This document shows positions 49,431 to 59,445 of a DNA stretch of 64,000 bases, piece by piece. Where the stretch lies: contig CBDCOH010000002.1 in assembly GCA_965219685.1 (NCBI GenBank), positions 1,376,001-1,440,000 on the forward strand. The letters are read 5' to 3'. The position numbers and the translations under genes are program-made. Under the pieces are notes generated by a model. That model was not told where the DNA came from and searched no databases. It saw only the letters and a program-made list of their open reading frames with translations. The stretch is from Candidatus Spongiisociaceae bacterium (GTDB lineage: Bacteria; Actinomycetota; Acidimicrobiia; Spongiisociales; Spongiisociaceae). Within the stretch, counting starts at the first letter, position 1, and every line of letters starts with the position of its first letter.

Positions 49431-50012
49431 ATGCGACGAGTAATCGTGCTGGCAGCGCGCATCAGCGAACATGGTGTTGTGCGTGTCGTGAGCTCGAGAA
49501 GCACCGCGGAGTTGACCCCGTCGGAGTCCACCCGGATCAGGACCCTCCTCGACGAGGCATTCGAGGGCAGATTCACGGATGCGCTCTGGGGCCAGGCACT
49601 CGGAGGAGTGCATTTCTTCGTCGAGGAAGACGGCGTCCCGATCTCCCATGCTTCGGTCGTTCCTCGCCTCCTTTCCGTTCGAGACCGTGAGATCAACACC
49701 GGGTACGTCGAAGCGGTCGGCACGCGGCATCGCGATCGGGGCAAGGGCCTGGCCCGGAGCGTTCTTGCCGCTGCCCGGCGTCACATAGCGGACACGTACG
49801 AGCTCGGAGCCCTACATTCTGTGCTGCCCACCTTCTACGAGCACCTGGGGTGGGAGCGCTGGCGCGGCCCCACCTTCGTGCGGACGGATTCGGGTCTGGT
49901 GCGGACTCGAACGGACGACGGGTGCATCCACATCTGGCGTGTCGCGGCCTCAGCTGCTCTCGACCTCGATGATCCGATCAGCTGCGAGTGGCGTCCCGGA
50001 TTCGTCTGGTAG
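49431..50012 (+). CDS. GNAT acetyltransferase, AAC(2')-I-like; start uncertain
   Basis: W..ALGG.H, HASVVPR.L, TGYVEAV, YELGAL, GWERWRGPT, CEWRPG.VW. Confidence 0.8.
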   Translation: MRRVIVLAARISEHGVVRVVSSRSTAELTPSESTRIRTLLDEAFEGRFTDALWGQALGGVHFFVEEDGVPISHASVVPRLLSVRDREINTGYVEAVGTRHRDRGKGLARSVLAAARRHIADTYELGALHSVLPTFYEHLGWERWRGPTFVRTDSGLVRTRTDDGCIHIWRVAASAALDLDDPISCEWRPGFVW

Positions 50013-50469
50013 CGGAGCCCGGGTATCGCCGGGTCCCGCTCACGCGATGGCCATCTCCAATGAGGGGAAGCCCCCAAGGACGAAATCGTGCGGCCCCTTC
50101 GGTTCGGCGGTGAGCTCGACGTTGGGACAGCGGCTGGTCAGCCGGGCCAACGAAACCTACAGATCGAGCCGTCCAGCGGGGCGCCCAAACACGTGTGGAT
50201 GCCGCCTCCGAAGCTGAGGTGGCCGCAGGGATCCGGAGCCGTAGTGACCCGGGGTCGTCGGAGCTAGACGAGCGACTCCAAGAGGTCTGATCGGAAGCGA
50301 CCGCACTGTACTGTCGGAACACAACGAGGTACCACGCTCTGTGGCTCGCATACGCCTGTGGCCGGGCTCGGATGCCTTCGCTTCCACTTCGCGAAAGGCC
50401 CTCCGGCGCGACCGTAGGACCCAAATAGCTTCACAGGGTCCGGAAAACAACCCGATCTAACGCTAGCAA

Positions 50470-50511
50470 CCGATCACCAACTACCGACTATCGACTACCG
50501 ACTAGGAACTA
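50470..50511. repeat. Degenerate heptamer tract, same unit order as 38202..38244
   Basis: CCGATCA CCAACTA CCGACTA TCGACTA CCGACTA GGAACTA. Confidence 0.8.
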
Positions 50512-50530
50512 GTCATCTAGGATTCGAGCG

Positions 50531-51457
50531 ATGGATGATCGACCAGCATCGCACGCACCTCGTTTCGGGGTCGTCGTGCCGTCCAGCGGGACTCTCTCCC
50601 GACCGGAGTCCATGGTCGCCGTTGCCCGTCGGGCGGACGAGGTCGGGTTCGATTCGATCTGGGCGATCGACCACATCGTCATCCCGGCCTCAGCCGTCTA
50701 CATCTACGGCGAAGAGATCTACGATCAACTGGTGGTGCTCGCCCATCTGGCAGCTGTCACGCAGCGGGTCCGGCTGGGCACATCCGTGATGGTGGTGCCC
50801 TACCGCAACCCCATCGTCACGGCCAAGATGCTCGCCACCATCGATGCGTTGTCGGGCGGGCGGCTGATCCTCGGGGTGGGGTCGGGATGGCTCGAGGAGG
50901 AATTCGACACGCTCGGCGCCGACTACGCATCCCGCGGTGCGGTAACGGATGAGGCGCTGGACAAGTTCGTCAGCTTGTGGACGCGCCGCGACGAAGGCCG
51001 CTCGGCGAGGTTCGGGAAGATCCGGTTCGCGCCGACCCCGGTCCAGGATCCCCATCCCCCCATCCTCATCGGCGGCAACAGTCGCCGCGCCATCCGGCGA
51101 GCGGTGGAGCTGGGACAGGGCTGGCACCCCACGACGGTTCTCAGCGAGGCCGAGCTCGTCACGCTCGCCGACCATTTGCAGACGAGTTGGGAGGCGGCGG
51201 GACGCCGGGGGAAGCCCGAGATCGCGCTGGGGATCCCGGTCTTCGTCACGGAGACGCCGCCGGATCCCGAGGAGACCTGGCTCGGAGCGCGGATGGCGGC
51301 CGGATCGCCGGAGGAAGTCGTGGCCGAGCTCCGGAGGCTCGCCGGGTTCGTGACGCACTTCGTCATCCACGTGGTGGCGCACACCCGCGATGAGTTGTTC
51401 GCCCAGCTCGAGCTGATAGCCCGGGACGTACTTCCAGGCGCTCGGCTACGCTCGTAA
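50531..51457 (+). CDS. LLM-class probable F420-dependent oxidoreductase
   Basis: GFDSIWAIDH, LGTSVMVVPYRNP, SGGRLILGVGSGW, PPILIGG. Confidence 0.9.
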   Translation: MDDRPASHAPRFGVVVPSSGTLSRPESMVAVARRADEVGFDSIWAIDHIVIPASAVYIYGEEIYDQLVVLAHLAAVTQRVRLGTSVMVVPYRNPIVTAKMLATIDALSGGRLILGVGSGWLEEEFDTLGADYASRGAVTDEALDKFVSLWTRRDEGRSARFGKIRFAPTPVQDPHPPILIGGNSRRAIRRAVELGQGWHPTTVLSEAELVTLADHLQTSWEAAGRRGKPEIALGIPVFVTETPPDPEETWLGARMAAGSPEEVVAELRRLAGFVTHFVIHVVAHTRDELFAQLELIARDVLPGARLRS

Positions 51458-51484
51458 ACCGGCGCGGTGAGGAGGACAGGACCC

Positions 51485-52891
51485 ATGGCTCGGGATTTCG
51501 TTCGTGCCTTCAACGAGAACATCGGCGTGAACACAACGGGCCGGCTCCAGGTCGAGGACGTGGACGCCACCGGACTCGCCGAGAGGTTCGGAACGCCGCT
51601 CTACGTCATCTCCGAGAACCAGATCTACGCCAATGTCAATAAGTGGCACCATGCGTTCGCGTCGCGCTATCCCCGGTCCGAGATCCTCTTCGCGACCAAG
51701 GCCAACAACAACCTCACCGTGAGACGCATCTTCACCCTGGCCGGGGCCGGAGGAGACGCGTTCGGTCCGGGTGAGCTGTACCTGACGCTGCTGGCCGGTA
51801 CCGATCCCGAGCGAGTCGTTCTCAACGGATTCAACAAGCGGGATGAGGAGATCCGGATGGCCATCGAGGCCGGCGCCGCCATCCATCTCGATGCCCCCGA
51901 CGAGCTCGATGACGTGATCCGGCTGGCTCGCGACCTCGGGAAGAGAGCCCGCATCGGGATGCGGACGAGGTTGTTGTTGCACGACCTCGACGATATGGAG
52001 GCGGACTGGCCGCCCGGGATCAAGATCGGGCCGGGGGTTCGCGAGATCAACAAGTTCGGGATCGCCCTCGACGATCTCGAGACGGTGTGCCGCCACGCCC
52101 TTCGGGAACCCGACGTCGAGCTCGTCGGGTTCCATCACCACGTCGGTCGCTGGGCGCCCGACCTGAGGGTTCACGATGCGGTCGTGAAGGACCAGATGGA
52201 GGCCGCCGGGGTGCTCAAGGACCGGTTCGGATGGGTACCGGAATACTTCGATTTCGGCGGCGGCTTCGCGTGGGGAAGGCCGGAAGGTCACGGGCCCATG
52301 GGATTCGACCGGGGCTCGCCGACCGCGGAGGAGTTCGCCGAGGTGATGACGGCGCGCTTCCGAGAGGGGCTCGACGCTCACGGCCTCGGCGAGCCCCGGC
52401 TGATGATCGAGCCCGGACGGGGGATCTCGTCCGACATCGGCATCCTCCTGTCCACGGTCGGCATCAGGAAATCGTTCTCCGACGTGGGCCAGACCTGGAT
52501 CGGCCTCGATGCCAGCGAGAACCACCTGCTCAACATCCTGTCGGGCGGCTTCTACTACCACCCGGTCGTGACAGATCGAGTCAACGAAACGCCCACCGAG
52601 ACGGTCAACCTGGGGGATCCGCTGTGCTGGTTCGGCAACCTCGCGCTCAACGTCCAGCTTCCACACCTGGAGCGTGGCGACGTCGTGGCGTTCCTGGACA
52701 CCGGCGCCTACTGCGAGAGCAAGAGCCTGCAGTTCAACTCGATGCCCCGTCCGGCGACCGTACTGGTCTCGGGCTCGACGACCGAGGTCATCACCGAGCC
52801 GGAGGTGCTCCAAGACGTCACACGCCGCTTCCGCCTGCCCGCCCGGCTGATGCCCCAGCCGACCTCGCCCGCCGAGCTGAGCACGACCTGA
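51485..52891 (+). CDS. PLP fold-III decarboxylase (diaminopimelate decarboxylase-like)
   Basis: FGTPLYV, FATKAN, HHHVG, DFGGG, EPGR, DTGAY, FNSMPRPA. Confidence 0.85.
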   Translation: MARDFVRAFNENIGVNTTGRLQVEDVDATGLAERFGTPLYVISENQIYANVNKWHHAFASRYPRSEILFATKANNNLTVRRIFTLAGAGGDAFGPGELYLTLLAGTDPERVVLNGFNKRDEEIRMAIEAGAAIHLDAPDELDDVIRLARDLGKRARIGMRTRLLLHDLDDMEADWPPGIKIGPGVREINKFGIALDDLETVCRHALREPDVELVGFHHHVGRWAPDLRVHDAVVKDQMEAAGVLKDRFGWVPEYFDFGGGFAWGRPEGHGPMGFDRGSPTAEEFAEVMTARFREGLDAHGLGEPRLMIEPGRGISSDIGILLSTVGIRKSFSDVGQTWIGLDASENHLLNILSGGFYYHPVVTDRVNETPTETVNLGDPLCWFGNLALNVQLPHLERGDVVAFLDTGAYCESKSLQFNSMPRPATVLVSGSTTEVITEPEVLQDVTRRFRLPARLMPQPTSPAELSTT

Positions 52892-52924
52892 CAACCGCCG
52901 TTCATGCGATGAAAGAGAGAGCCC

Positions 52925-54472
52925 ATGCCCACCAACGGCCCACGCTCCGAGTTGGTTCTCCACTGGCCCGGTAGTCCGCCGTCCTTCAACCCGTTCTCCA
53001 ACCTGTCGATGCCGAGCTGGTTCCCCATCTGGTTCATCTTCGACCAACTCGTCAACCTCGACGGGGAAGCCCTGGTCGGTCCCCAGCTTGCCGAAAGCTG
53101 GGACGTCTCGGCCGACGGGCGCCGGTACACCTTTCGCCTTCGCCGCGATGTGACCTGGCACGACGGCGCACCCTTCAGCGCGGAGGACGTCGCCTTCACG
53201 TACACGATGCTCGTCGATCCCAGGTCCACGAGCAGGTACCAGTCTCTGGCGCTTCCGATCAAGGGCGCCGAGGCGTACGCCGCGGGAGACGCGGCAACGG
53301 TCGAGGGCATCAAGGTGGTCGACGATTGCACGGTCGTCATGGAGCTCGCCGAACCGCACTTCGGCTTCCTCGCGACGATGGCCTTCCCGATCATCCCGAA
53401 GCACATCCTCGAGGGCGTAGCGAAGGGCGAACGGGTCGAGGACACGGAATGGTCCCTCCGGTCACCGGTCGGAACCGGGCCTTTCCGGATCTCTTCGTAC
53501 GAGCCCGGGGGTGACGCCGTCTTCGTCGCCAACGAGGCGTACTGGGGCGGGGCTCCGAATCTCGAGGGCTTGGTGCTTCGCAGGCTCGACGACGAGGCCG
53601 CTCTGGTGGCGTTCGCCGCCGGGGAAATCGACGTCATGTTCATCGACGCGCTCGATGCCGACCGGGTGAGGGAGCGACCCGGCGCCAGGGTCGAGGCGTT
53701 CCGGACGTGCGAATGGCGGACGATCATCTTCAACTTCAGCCATCCGGCGCTGGGCGACCGGAGGGTGCGCGAAGCGGTCGTCCGCGCCATCGACCGCGAG
53801 ACCATCGTCCGCGACGTCTACCAGGGAATGGGCGAGGTGGTCGGCTCGCCCCTCATCATGCCCGAGTGGGCGGTGAACCACCGCCTGGACTCGCAGTACC
53901 CGTACGACCCGGAGGGTGCCAGGGCGCTTCTCGCAGAGGCCGGGTTCGCCGAGGGCTTCAAGGTCGATCTGGTCACGGGCCCGGGCGCCATCCCGGCCCG
54001 TCACAATGCTCCGTTCCTGGGAGAGGTCCAGCGTTACCTCGCCGGCGTCGGCATCGACCTCGTGCTCAACATCAAGCCGATCGTGGAGTACGTCGACGAC
54101 TACGAGAACTCACGTTTCGACGTGTACACCTGCTGCGGCGCCTCCGGTCCCGATCCGGACTTCACCGCGATCTACTTTCACTCGTCGTCGATGCCGCCGA
54201 AGGGATCCAACGGGGCGCGCTATGTCAGCGCGGAAGCCGACGAGCTGCTGCGGCGCGGCCGGACGACCGCCGACCCCGAGGAGCGGGCCGCCGTATACCA
54301 CCGCTATGCCGAGGTGCTGACCCACGACCTGCCGTGGGTGGCTCTGTGGCACGAGAACCGGGTCCTAGCGCTGAACGAGGGCGTCGGCGGAGACTTCACC
54401 GAACTGGGCATGTCGTGGCTGCCGGGAACGATTCCAGGATCGTGGCAATGGACCAAGAACGGGCCCGGCTGA
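52925..54472 (+). CDS. Family-5 (Opp/Dpp) solute-binding protein without visible signal peptide
   Basis: LAESWDVS.DG..YTF.LR..WHDG.PF.AEDV.FT, GTGPF, VREAV..AIDR. Confidence 0.85.
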   Translation: MPTNGPRSELVLHWPGSPPSFNPFSNLSMPSWFPIWFIFDQLVNLDGEALVGPQLAESWDVSADGRRYTFRLRRDVTWHDGAPFSAEDVAFTYTMLVDPRSTSRYQSLALPIKGAEAYAAGDAATVEGIKVVDDCTVVMELAEPHFGFLATMAFPIIPKHILEGVAKGERVEDTEWSLRSPVGTGPFRISSYEPGGDAVFVANEAYWGGAPNLEGLVLRRLDDEAALVAFAAGEIDVMFIDALDADRVRERPGARVEAFRTCEWRTIIFNFSHPALGDRRVREAVVRAIDRETIVRDVYQGMGEVVGSPLIMPEWAVNHRLDSQYPYDPEGARALLAEAGFAEGFKVDLVTGPGAIPARHNAPFLGEVQRYLAGVGIDLVLNIKPIVEYVDDYENSRFDVYTCCGASGPDPDFTAIYFHSSSMPPKGSNGARYVSAEADELLRRGRTTADPEERAAVYHRYAEVLTHDLPWVALWHENRVLALNEGVGGDFTELGMSWLPGTIPGSWQWTKNGPG

Positions 54473-54537
54473 GGAAACATCACCGCCACTTACGCCGCCC
54501 AAACTGAGAGGATTAACTAACTCAAACCACTGGAAAC

Positions 54538-54568
54538 AGCAACTAGCAACTAGCAAACTAGCAACTAG
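54538..54568. repeat. Heptamer tandem repeat (AGCAACT)x4 with one insertion
   Basis: AGCAACT AGCAACT AGCAAACT AGCAACT AG. Confidence 0.85.
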
Positions 54569-54608
54569 TTTGGTGAGGGTTGTGGTGCGCTGGTTTCGGT
54601 GAGAGGGC

Positions 54609-57212
54609 TTAGTCGCGCTGGGTGGTGACGAGGGCGGTGGCGAAGTTGGGTACTGGGTTGCCGTCGGTGTCTGTGAGGCCGCCGAAGTAGATGATGGTGG
54701 CTTCAGCACCGGGCGGGATCGGGGTGCCGAGTGTGAGGGTGACGGTGGCGCCGTGGACGGTGAGTTGGCTGGGTGACTGGTTGTGGACTGGATTGCCCTG
54801 GCTGTCTTGTGCGCCGTGGATCAGGAAGCTCTGGCGAAGAGTTGCGGCTGTCGTGTCGTCGACGGCGGCGAGGCTGCGGCTGAAGGTGAGCGTCAGTTCG
54901 TTGCCGCTGACTGCCGCGCTGGTCGGCACCATGGACCTGTCCGTCGGCTCGGGCGGCCCGAGGGTGATCACCTCCGGTTCTTGGGCTTCGGTGACAGCCA
55001 CAGCCAGGTCTGCCGCGGTGGTCTTCTTGCCGACCGTGGCGGTCACAGTCACCTCGTAGACGTTGTCTTTGTCGCTGTCGGCGGGTGTCTCGTAGTCGGG
55101 TGCTGCGGCGAAGCTCAGCTCTCCCTCGGTGCTGATCTCGAACATGTCGGCGTCGGCGCCTGATAGCGAGTACGCGGCGTCGGCGTCCTCGGGAACGCTC
55201 ACGGAACAATGCCCCGCAACCAGGGCGCCCGGCACGTAGGGCTCGCCGGCCGGACGCACGGGCTCGACGAGTGTCCACCGTTGGTTGGCGGCGTCATAGG
55301 GCTGGGCGGGTGTGCAGAGCATCTGGATGCTCGGACCGGACACCGGCACGAAGACCTGCTGCTGTTGCCAGTCGACCTTGTGGGCGGGGTCGTGGCCCAG
55401 CCCCGGCTGCGCCAGGTCGGCGTCGACGCCGTCGGTCACGGCACGGATCGAGCCGCGGTTCAGATAGAGCGTGTTGGCAAGCACCGCGATGCCCCGCGAC
55501 GAGTAATTCGGCTCCACGACCGCGTGGTGGAACACCAGCTCGTCGGTGCCGCTGCCGCCGGCGTAAACCGCGACGTTGCGGCCTCCGGGGGCCGGGTCCA
55601 TGTCGATGACCAGTGTCGGCGTGCCAGTCACCTCCACCGCCTCGCTGAACGTGACCCGCACCGAGATCACCTCTCCGATGGCGTAGGTGTCATCGTATCC
55701 GGCCCAGGAGGCCACTTCCACGCCGGTCACCGACGGGACCACCTTGAGGCGTATCGGAACCTTGTTGTCGACGAGCTGCGACAGGCCCGTGTAACCGCTC
55801 GGCGCGAGGGCCACGTAGAAGACTTTGGCCGTGCGGCCGCTGTTCGCGGCTCTCTCGTCGAGTTCGATGGCGACCGTGCGTGGGGCGCCGGCCGAGGCGG
55901 TCCCGCCCCAGTCGAACTTCTCGTAGCCGTAGGTGCGGTACAACGTGCGCGAACCGCCCGAGAACAGCTCCCCGTAGCCGTGGTTGAAGGCCGTGCGCGC
56001 CGGCCGCTGGCTGCCCAGCGAGACGTCCTTGTGATAGTCGGGATGGGTGTCGGGGATGATCGGATCCTCAGCCACCAGCGCCCGGGCGGCGCCGTCGGCC
56101 GAACTGTGGATGACGGCGACCACCGGCCACTCGGCCGAGCGGGAGGCCCACAGCGTGCAATCCGCATCGGTGCCTCGAGTGACCTCCGCCGGACAGGTGA
56201 GCGTGAAGCCCGGGACCGACACCTCAACCTCGTCGACGTCGTCTCCCAGCGCCGCCCGGACGATCCTCACCGAACGGGTACCGGTGGTGGTCCCGTCCTC
56301 GGCCGTCACCGTAAGGGTCACCGTGGTAGCTCCGACGGCAAGGGGCACCGCCGCGCTCTCCTCGCCGCTGATCACCTCGATGCTGGTGCCGCCCCTGCCG
56401 TCGAGGTCCACGCTGCTACCGCCGAACGACGCGCTCAGCGTCATGGTCGTCCCGCGGGCCGCCTCCGCTGTCAGCGTCGCCTCCGTCACCTCGTAACCGA
56501 CAGTCTGCGACTGCCTGGCATGCGCCGCCGACAGCGCGTAGCTCTGCCCGGCGAACAGCTCCAGGCTGCTGAGCGACGTGTCGCTGCTGGGGCTGTCGTC
56601 GTCGGTGAGGGCGATGCTCGCCTTGTTGTTGTAGAGGAGGCCGACGCCGCTGCTGCCGTCCGGGCCGAGGGCCACATAGAACTTCTCGCTGTCCTCGTCG
56701 AGGCTGTCGTTTGTGGCGACGATGTTGACCGTGCGGCTGTTGCCGGGTGCTCCCACAGTGGTGGTGGTCTGGGTGGGATCGGCACCGGCGCTGCCGGACC
56801 AGTCAAAGCGCGAGTAGCCCACGAGAGTCTCCCCGATCCAGGTGACGCCGCCATCGATGGCGGCGTCGGGACTCGGGGCGCCCAGGGTCACATCGATCGA
56901 AGTGCCCCGCACGAGCGCACGGTCGGAGTCGGTGGACAGGTGCAGGATCGCCACCACCGGCCACGGCTTCGGCTCCGCGGCGGTGTTCTTCAGCGTGCAG
57001 GCCAGCGAGGCGCCCTCGGCGACGGTGTTGGTGGCGCACATCAACTCGAAGTCGCCCTGTTCTACCGTGATCGACGAGTCGGAACTTGCCACGCCGCCGA
57101 GGAGCAGGAACCCGATGCCAGCGACCAGCACAGCGACCGCCGCCCACCGCCCGGCTTGCACTCGACCAACACGAAGTCTCGGATGATGCATGATCCGCAT
57201 GTTCCCGAGCAT
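54609..57212 (-). CDS. Large secreted multidomain surface protein (cadherin-like and Ig-like modules)
   Basis: Signal-like N-terminus; SSDTSLSSL..VTAEDG cadherin-like beta-sandwich; VTFSEAVEVTGTP; LSGADA..PDYE.P.D.D.DNVYEVTV cadherin repeat; LTLTFS C-terminal module. Confidence 0.8.
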   Translation of the reverse strand: MLGNMRIMHHPRLRVGRVQAGRWAAVAVLVAGIGFLLLGGVASSDSSITVEQGDFELMCATNTVAEGASLACTLKNTAAEPKPWPVVAILHLSTDSDRALVRGTSIDVTLGAPSPDAAIDGGVTWIGETLVGYSRFDWSGSAGADPTQTTTTVGAPGNSRTVNIVATNDSLDEDSEKFYVALGPDGSSGVGLLYNNKASIALTDDDSPSSDTSLSSLELFAGQSYALSAAHARQSQTVGYEVTEATLTAEAARGTTMTLSASFGGSSVDLDGRGGTSIEVISGEESAAVPLAVGATTVTLTVTAEDGTTTGTRSVRIVRAALGDDVDEVEVSVPGFTLTCPAEVTRGTDADCTLWASRSAEWPVVAVIHSSADGAARALVAEDPIIPDTHPDYHKDVSLGSQRPARTAFNHGYGELFSGGSRTLYRTYGYEKFDWGGTASAGAPRTVAIELDERAANSGRTAKVFYVALAPSGYTGLSQLVDNKVPIRLKVVPSVTGVEVASWAGYDDTYAIGEVISVRVTFSEAVEVTGTPTLVIDMDPAPGGRNVAVYAGGSGTDELVFHHAVVEPNYSSRGIAVLANTLYLNRGSIRAVTDGVDADLAQPGLGHDPAHKVDWQQQQVFVPVSGPSIQMLCTPAQPYDAANQRWTLVEPVRPAGEPYVPGALVAGHCSVSVPEDADAAYSLSGADADMFEISTEGELSFAAAPDYETPADSDKDNVYEVTVTATVGKKTTAADLAVAVTEAQEPEVITLGPPEPTDRSMVPTSAAVSGNELTLTFSRSLAAVDDTTAATLRQSFLIHGAQDSQGNPVHNQSPSQLTVHGATVTLTLGTPIPPGAEATIIYFGGLTDTDGNPVPNFATALVTTQRD

Positions 57213-57439
57213 ACTATCTACACATCATGCCGACTTCCCAGAGGACTCACGTGTCAATATCTGGGATACTGAGCTTGTCCCCTGTTCATCCCGTGTAGAA
57301 TCGACACAGATGTCGAGATATAGAATAGCGACATTTACACTCTCCAAGCCAGCTCCGCAGGGTCCAGCGACAGCCGATGTCGGGCAACAGCCCGGCCAGC
57401 CGGCACCGCACGCTGACCGGTGTAGCGAAGGACGCGTGC

Positions 57440-57633
57440 TGCGAGTACCTCGATCCCGACTCGCTGCTCAAGCAGGTAGCGGTCTCCCACGTCCCCCGGC
57501 CACTCAACTTCGGCGGCTGGGGCTACCTACACAGCAACTGGCACACCAACGTCCGCACCCGGATGAAGATCGACCGCATCCGCGTATGGCCGCCCGAGAA
57601 CCACTACTCCGACATGGAGCCCGTGTACCAGTG
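57440..57633 (+). pseudogene. C-terminal remnant of a third GH16-like paralogue
   Basis: EYLDPD..QVAVSH..MKIDRIRVWPPENHYSDMEPVYQ; the paralogues' stop position reads TGG here. Confidence 0.8.
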
Positions 57634-57707
57634 GGAAGTGGGACGCCGACGAGCGTCATATGCCTCCAATTACGGCAACAACGCATCATGTGGACATCAC
57701 ATTGACT

Positions 57708-59387
57708 ATGAGTCACCGTGTCGAATCGGGTAATCCCCCAGGTGCGAGACGCGTGGCGTTGCTGGCTGCGGTGACGGCGGTGGCTGCTCTGTTATCGGTC
57801 ACCCCCGGCGCGGCGGACACCGGCGCGGCGGACACCGCCCAGCCGGCGGTAGTCTTCGCCGACACCGAGTACTTCGTCCCCTTTTTGGGCAGAATGTTCA
57901 ACGAGACCACCACTCCCGGAGGCAACCCCGGCCTGCCCGGAACCGTCGCCTTGTCGGTCTCCACCAACAAGTTCAACTACTTCGGCGAGCTGGAGATGCA
58001 GAAGCGGTCCGGCACCGATCTGGACCTGTCATTCAAAGTCGAGGGCCAGCCCGACGCATCCAATTACCGGTACTGCAGACAGGACCGCTCCACCTGCCAC
58101 AACACAGAGGTGAGAGTTCTCCCCGACAAGGGTCTCCTGTACCTCTGGAACTCTGGGAACACGGACCCGCTTCACTGGCTGGCCACGTTCGAGCCCGAGC
58201 GGCTGGAGGTGTCGGCGGCGGACACCGGCACCGGACTGAAGGTATACCGGGAGGTGCTGGTGAACCCGCCGCCGGAGGTGCAGGGCTGCGAGGACTACGA
58301 CGACTACACCATCGAGGCCTATGTCTGCCTGTACCTGCGGGAGATCATTCCCGAGGAGGCTCGAGGCGGCAACGAGGCGACTCTGCGAGCGGGCCTGCCC
58401 GGGTTGGTCCAAGACAGCTCGAACTACCAACTGGTGTTCGCCGAGGAGTTCGACGGCTCCCCTCCTGCGGCAAACTTCGTGGGATGCAGAGACGGCCTAT
58501 CCACGCTGGACGACTCAGTGTGGAACTACGGCAATGCGTGTGCTTGGGTGGACTCCCGAGGCGAATCGTGCGGCAACATCGCCGACGGCAGCCTGAAGGT
58601 GGCGGCGGCCTACAAGTGCTATGCAGGCCTGAATACCTTCGGGAAGGTCCAATACAAGTACGGATACCTGGAGTTCAAATACACAGTCAACATGGATTAT
58701 TGGAGCAATTGGCCGAACTACAACCTAATAGCGTGGAACCCTCACAATTGGCGGAAGCATCTGTGGAACCAGTACGGCGTGCCGATGAACGACTGGGAGG
58801 ACTACCTCAAGTACGGCGATGTCGAACTCGATTGGCTTGAGTACGTCCCCGGCTCCAGACACCAGAGTTCGATTGTTCACGCGAATTGGGCCCACAGCAG
58901 TGCCGGCAACCTGCCATCGTACAAGATTGGTACGAATTTCAATTTCTGCCGACGCACGAGTAATCCGTACCACAGGTTCTACGTGAATCCCGCCGGAGGC
59001 TGCAGGCGAGCAGACACTTTCACAGTCACCATGGGAGTGGAGTGGACCCCGCGCGGCTATCGCACCTATACCACATTGGATGGCATCCATGACGAACAAA
59101 CGTTGGTGACCGAGCAATACTTGGAGATCATGGATTTCAAGGAAGGGCGAACAGCCCAGATTCCAGAAGGCGATCGGGCTCGCTACTTCGAATACCTCGA
59201 CCCCGATGACCCCAGCACGATCCTGGGGCAGGTCGGCGTTGCCCACACGCCGAGTCCCTTGAGCATCGGCACATGGGGATGGATGCGCGTAGGCCAGTCC
59301 TATATCCGCAGTTGGATGAAGATCGACTACATCCGACTGTGGCAGCCCGAGAACCACTACTCCGACATGGAGCCCGTCTACCAATGA
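57708..59387 (+). CDS. Secreted GH16-like (ConA-fold) glycoside hydrolase with N-terminal extra domain
   Basis: Signal peptide; YQLVFAEEFDG, YKYGYLEF, catalytic ELDWLE (ExDxxE), MKIDYIRLWQ. Confidence 0.72.
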   Translation: MSHRVESGNPPGARRVALLAAVTAVAALLSVTPGAADTGAADTAQPAVVFADTEYFVPFLGRMFNETTTPGGNPGLPGTVALSVSTNKFNYFGELEMQKRSGTDLDLSFKVEGQPDASNYRYCRQDRSTCHNTEVRVLPDKGLLYLWNSGNTDPLHWLATFEPERLEVSAADTGTGLKVYREVLVNPPPEVQGCEDYDDYTIEAYVCLYLREIIPEEARGGNEATLRAGLPGLVQDSSNYQLVFAEEFDGSPPAANFVGCRDGLSTLDDSVWNYGNACAWVDSRGESCGNIADGSLKVAAAYKCYAGLNTFGKVQYKYGYLEFKYTVNMDYWSNWPNYNLIAWNPHNWRKHLWNQYGVPMNDWEDYLKYGDVELDWLEYVPGSRHQSSIVHANWAHSSAGNLPSYKIGTNFNFCRRTSNPYHRFYVNPAGGCRRADTFTVTMGVEWTPRGYRTYTTLDGIHDEQTLVTEQYLEIMDFKEGRTAQIPEGDRARYFEYLDPDDPSTILGQVGVAHTPSPLSIGTWGWMRVGQSYIRSWMKIDYIRLWQPENHYSDMEPVYQ

Positions 59388-59445
59388 CCCTCCCCCCGGC
59401 GGTCAGAGAGCCACGGTCCGCAGTCGCGTCGGAACCCAATCGGCC

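Noticed and set aside
50013-50460. Possible small genes in the GNAT-LLM intergenic region
   Set aside because: The ORFs lack recognisable motifs or convincing start signals
51485-52891. Calling this gene lysA
   Set aside because: Substrate-determining motifs deviate and the context is accessory
51446-53404. Long antisense or alternate-frame ORFs (also 27077..28972, 30406..32262, 55209..57272, 17587..19254)
   Set aside because: Shadow ORFs of high-GC genes with no recognisable motifs
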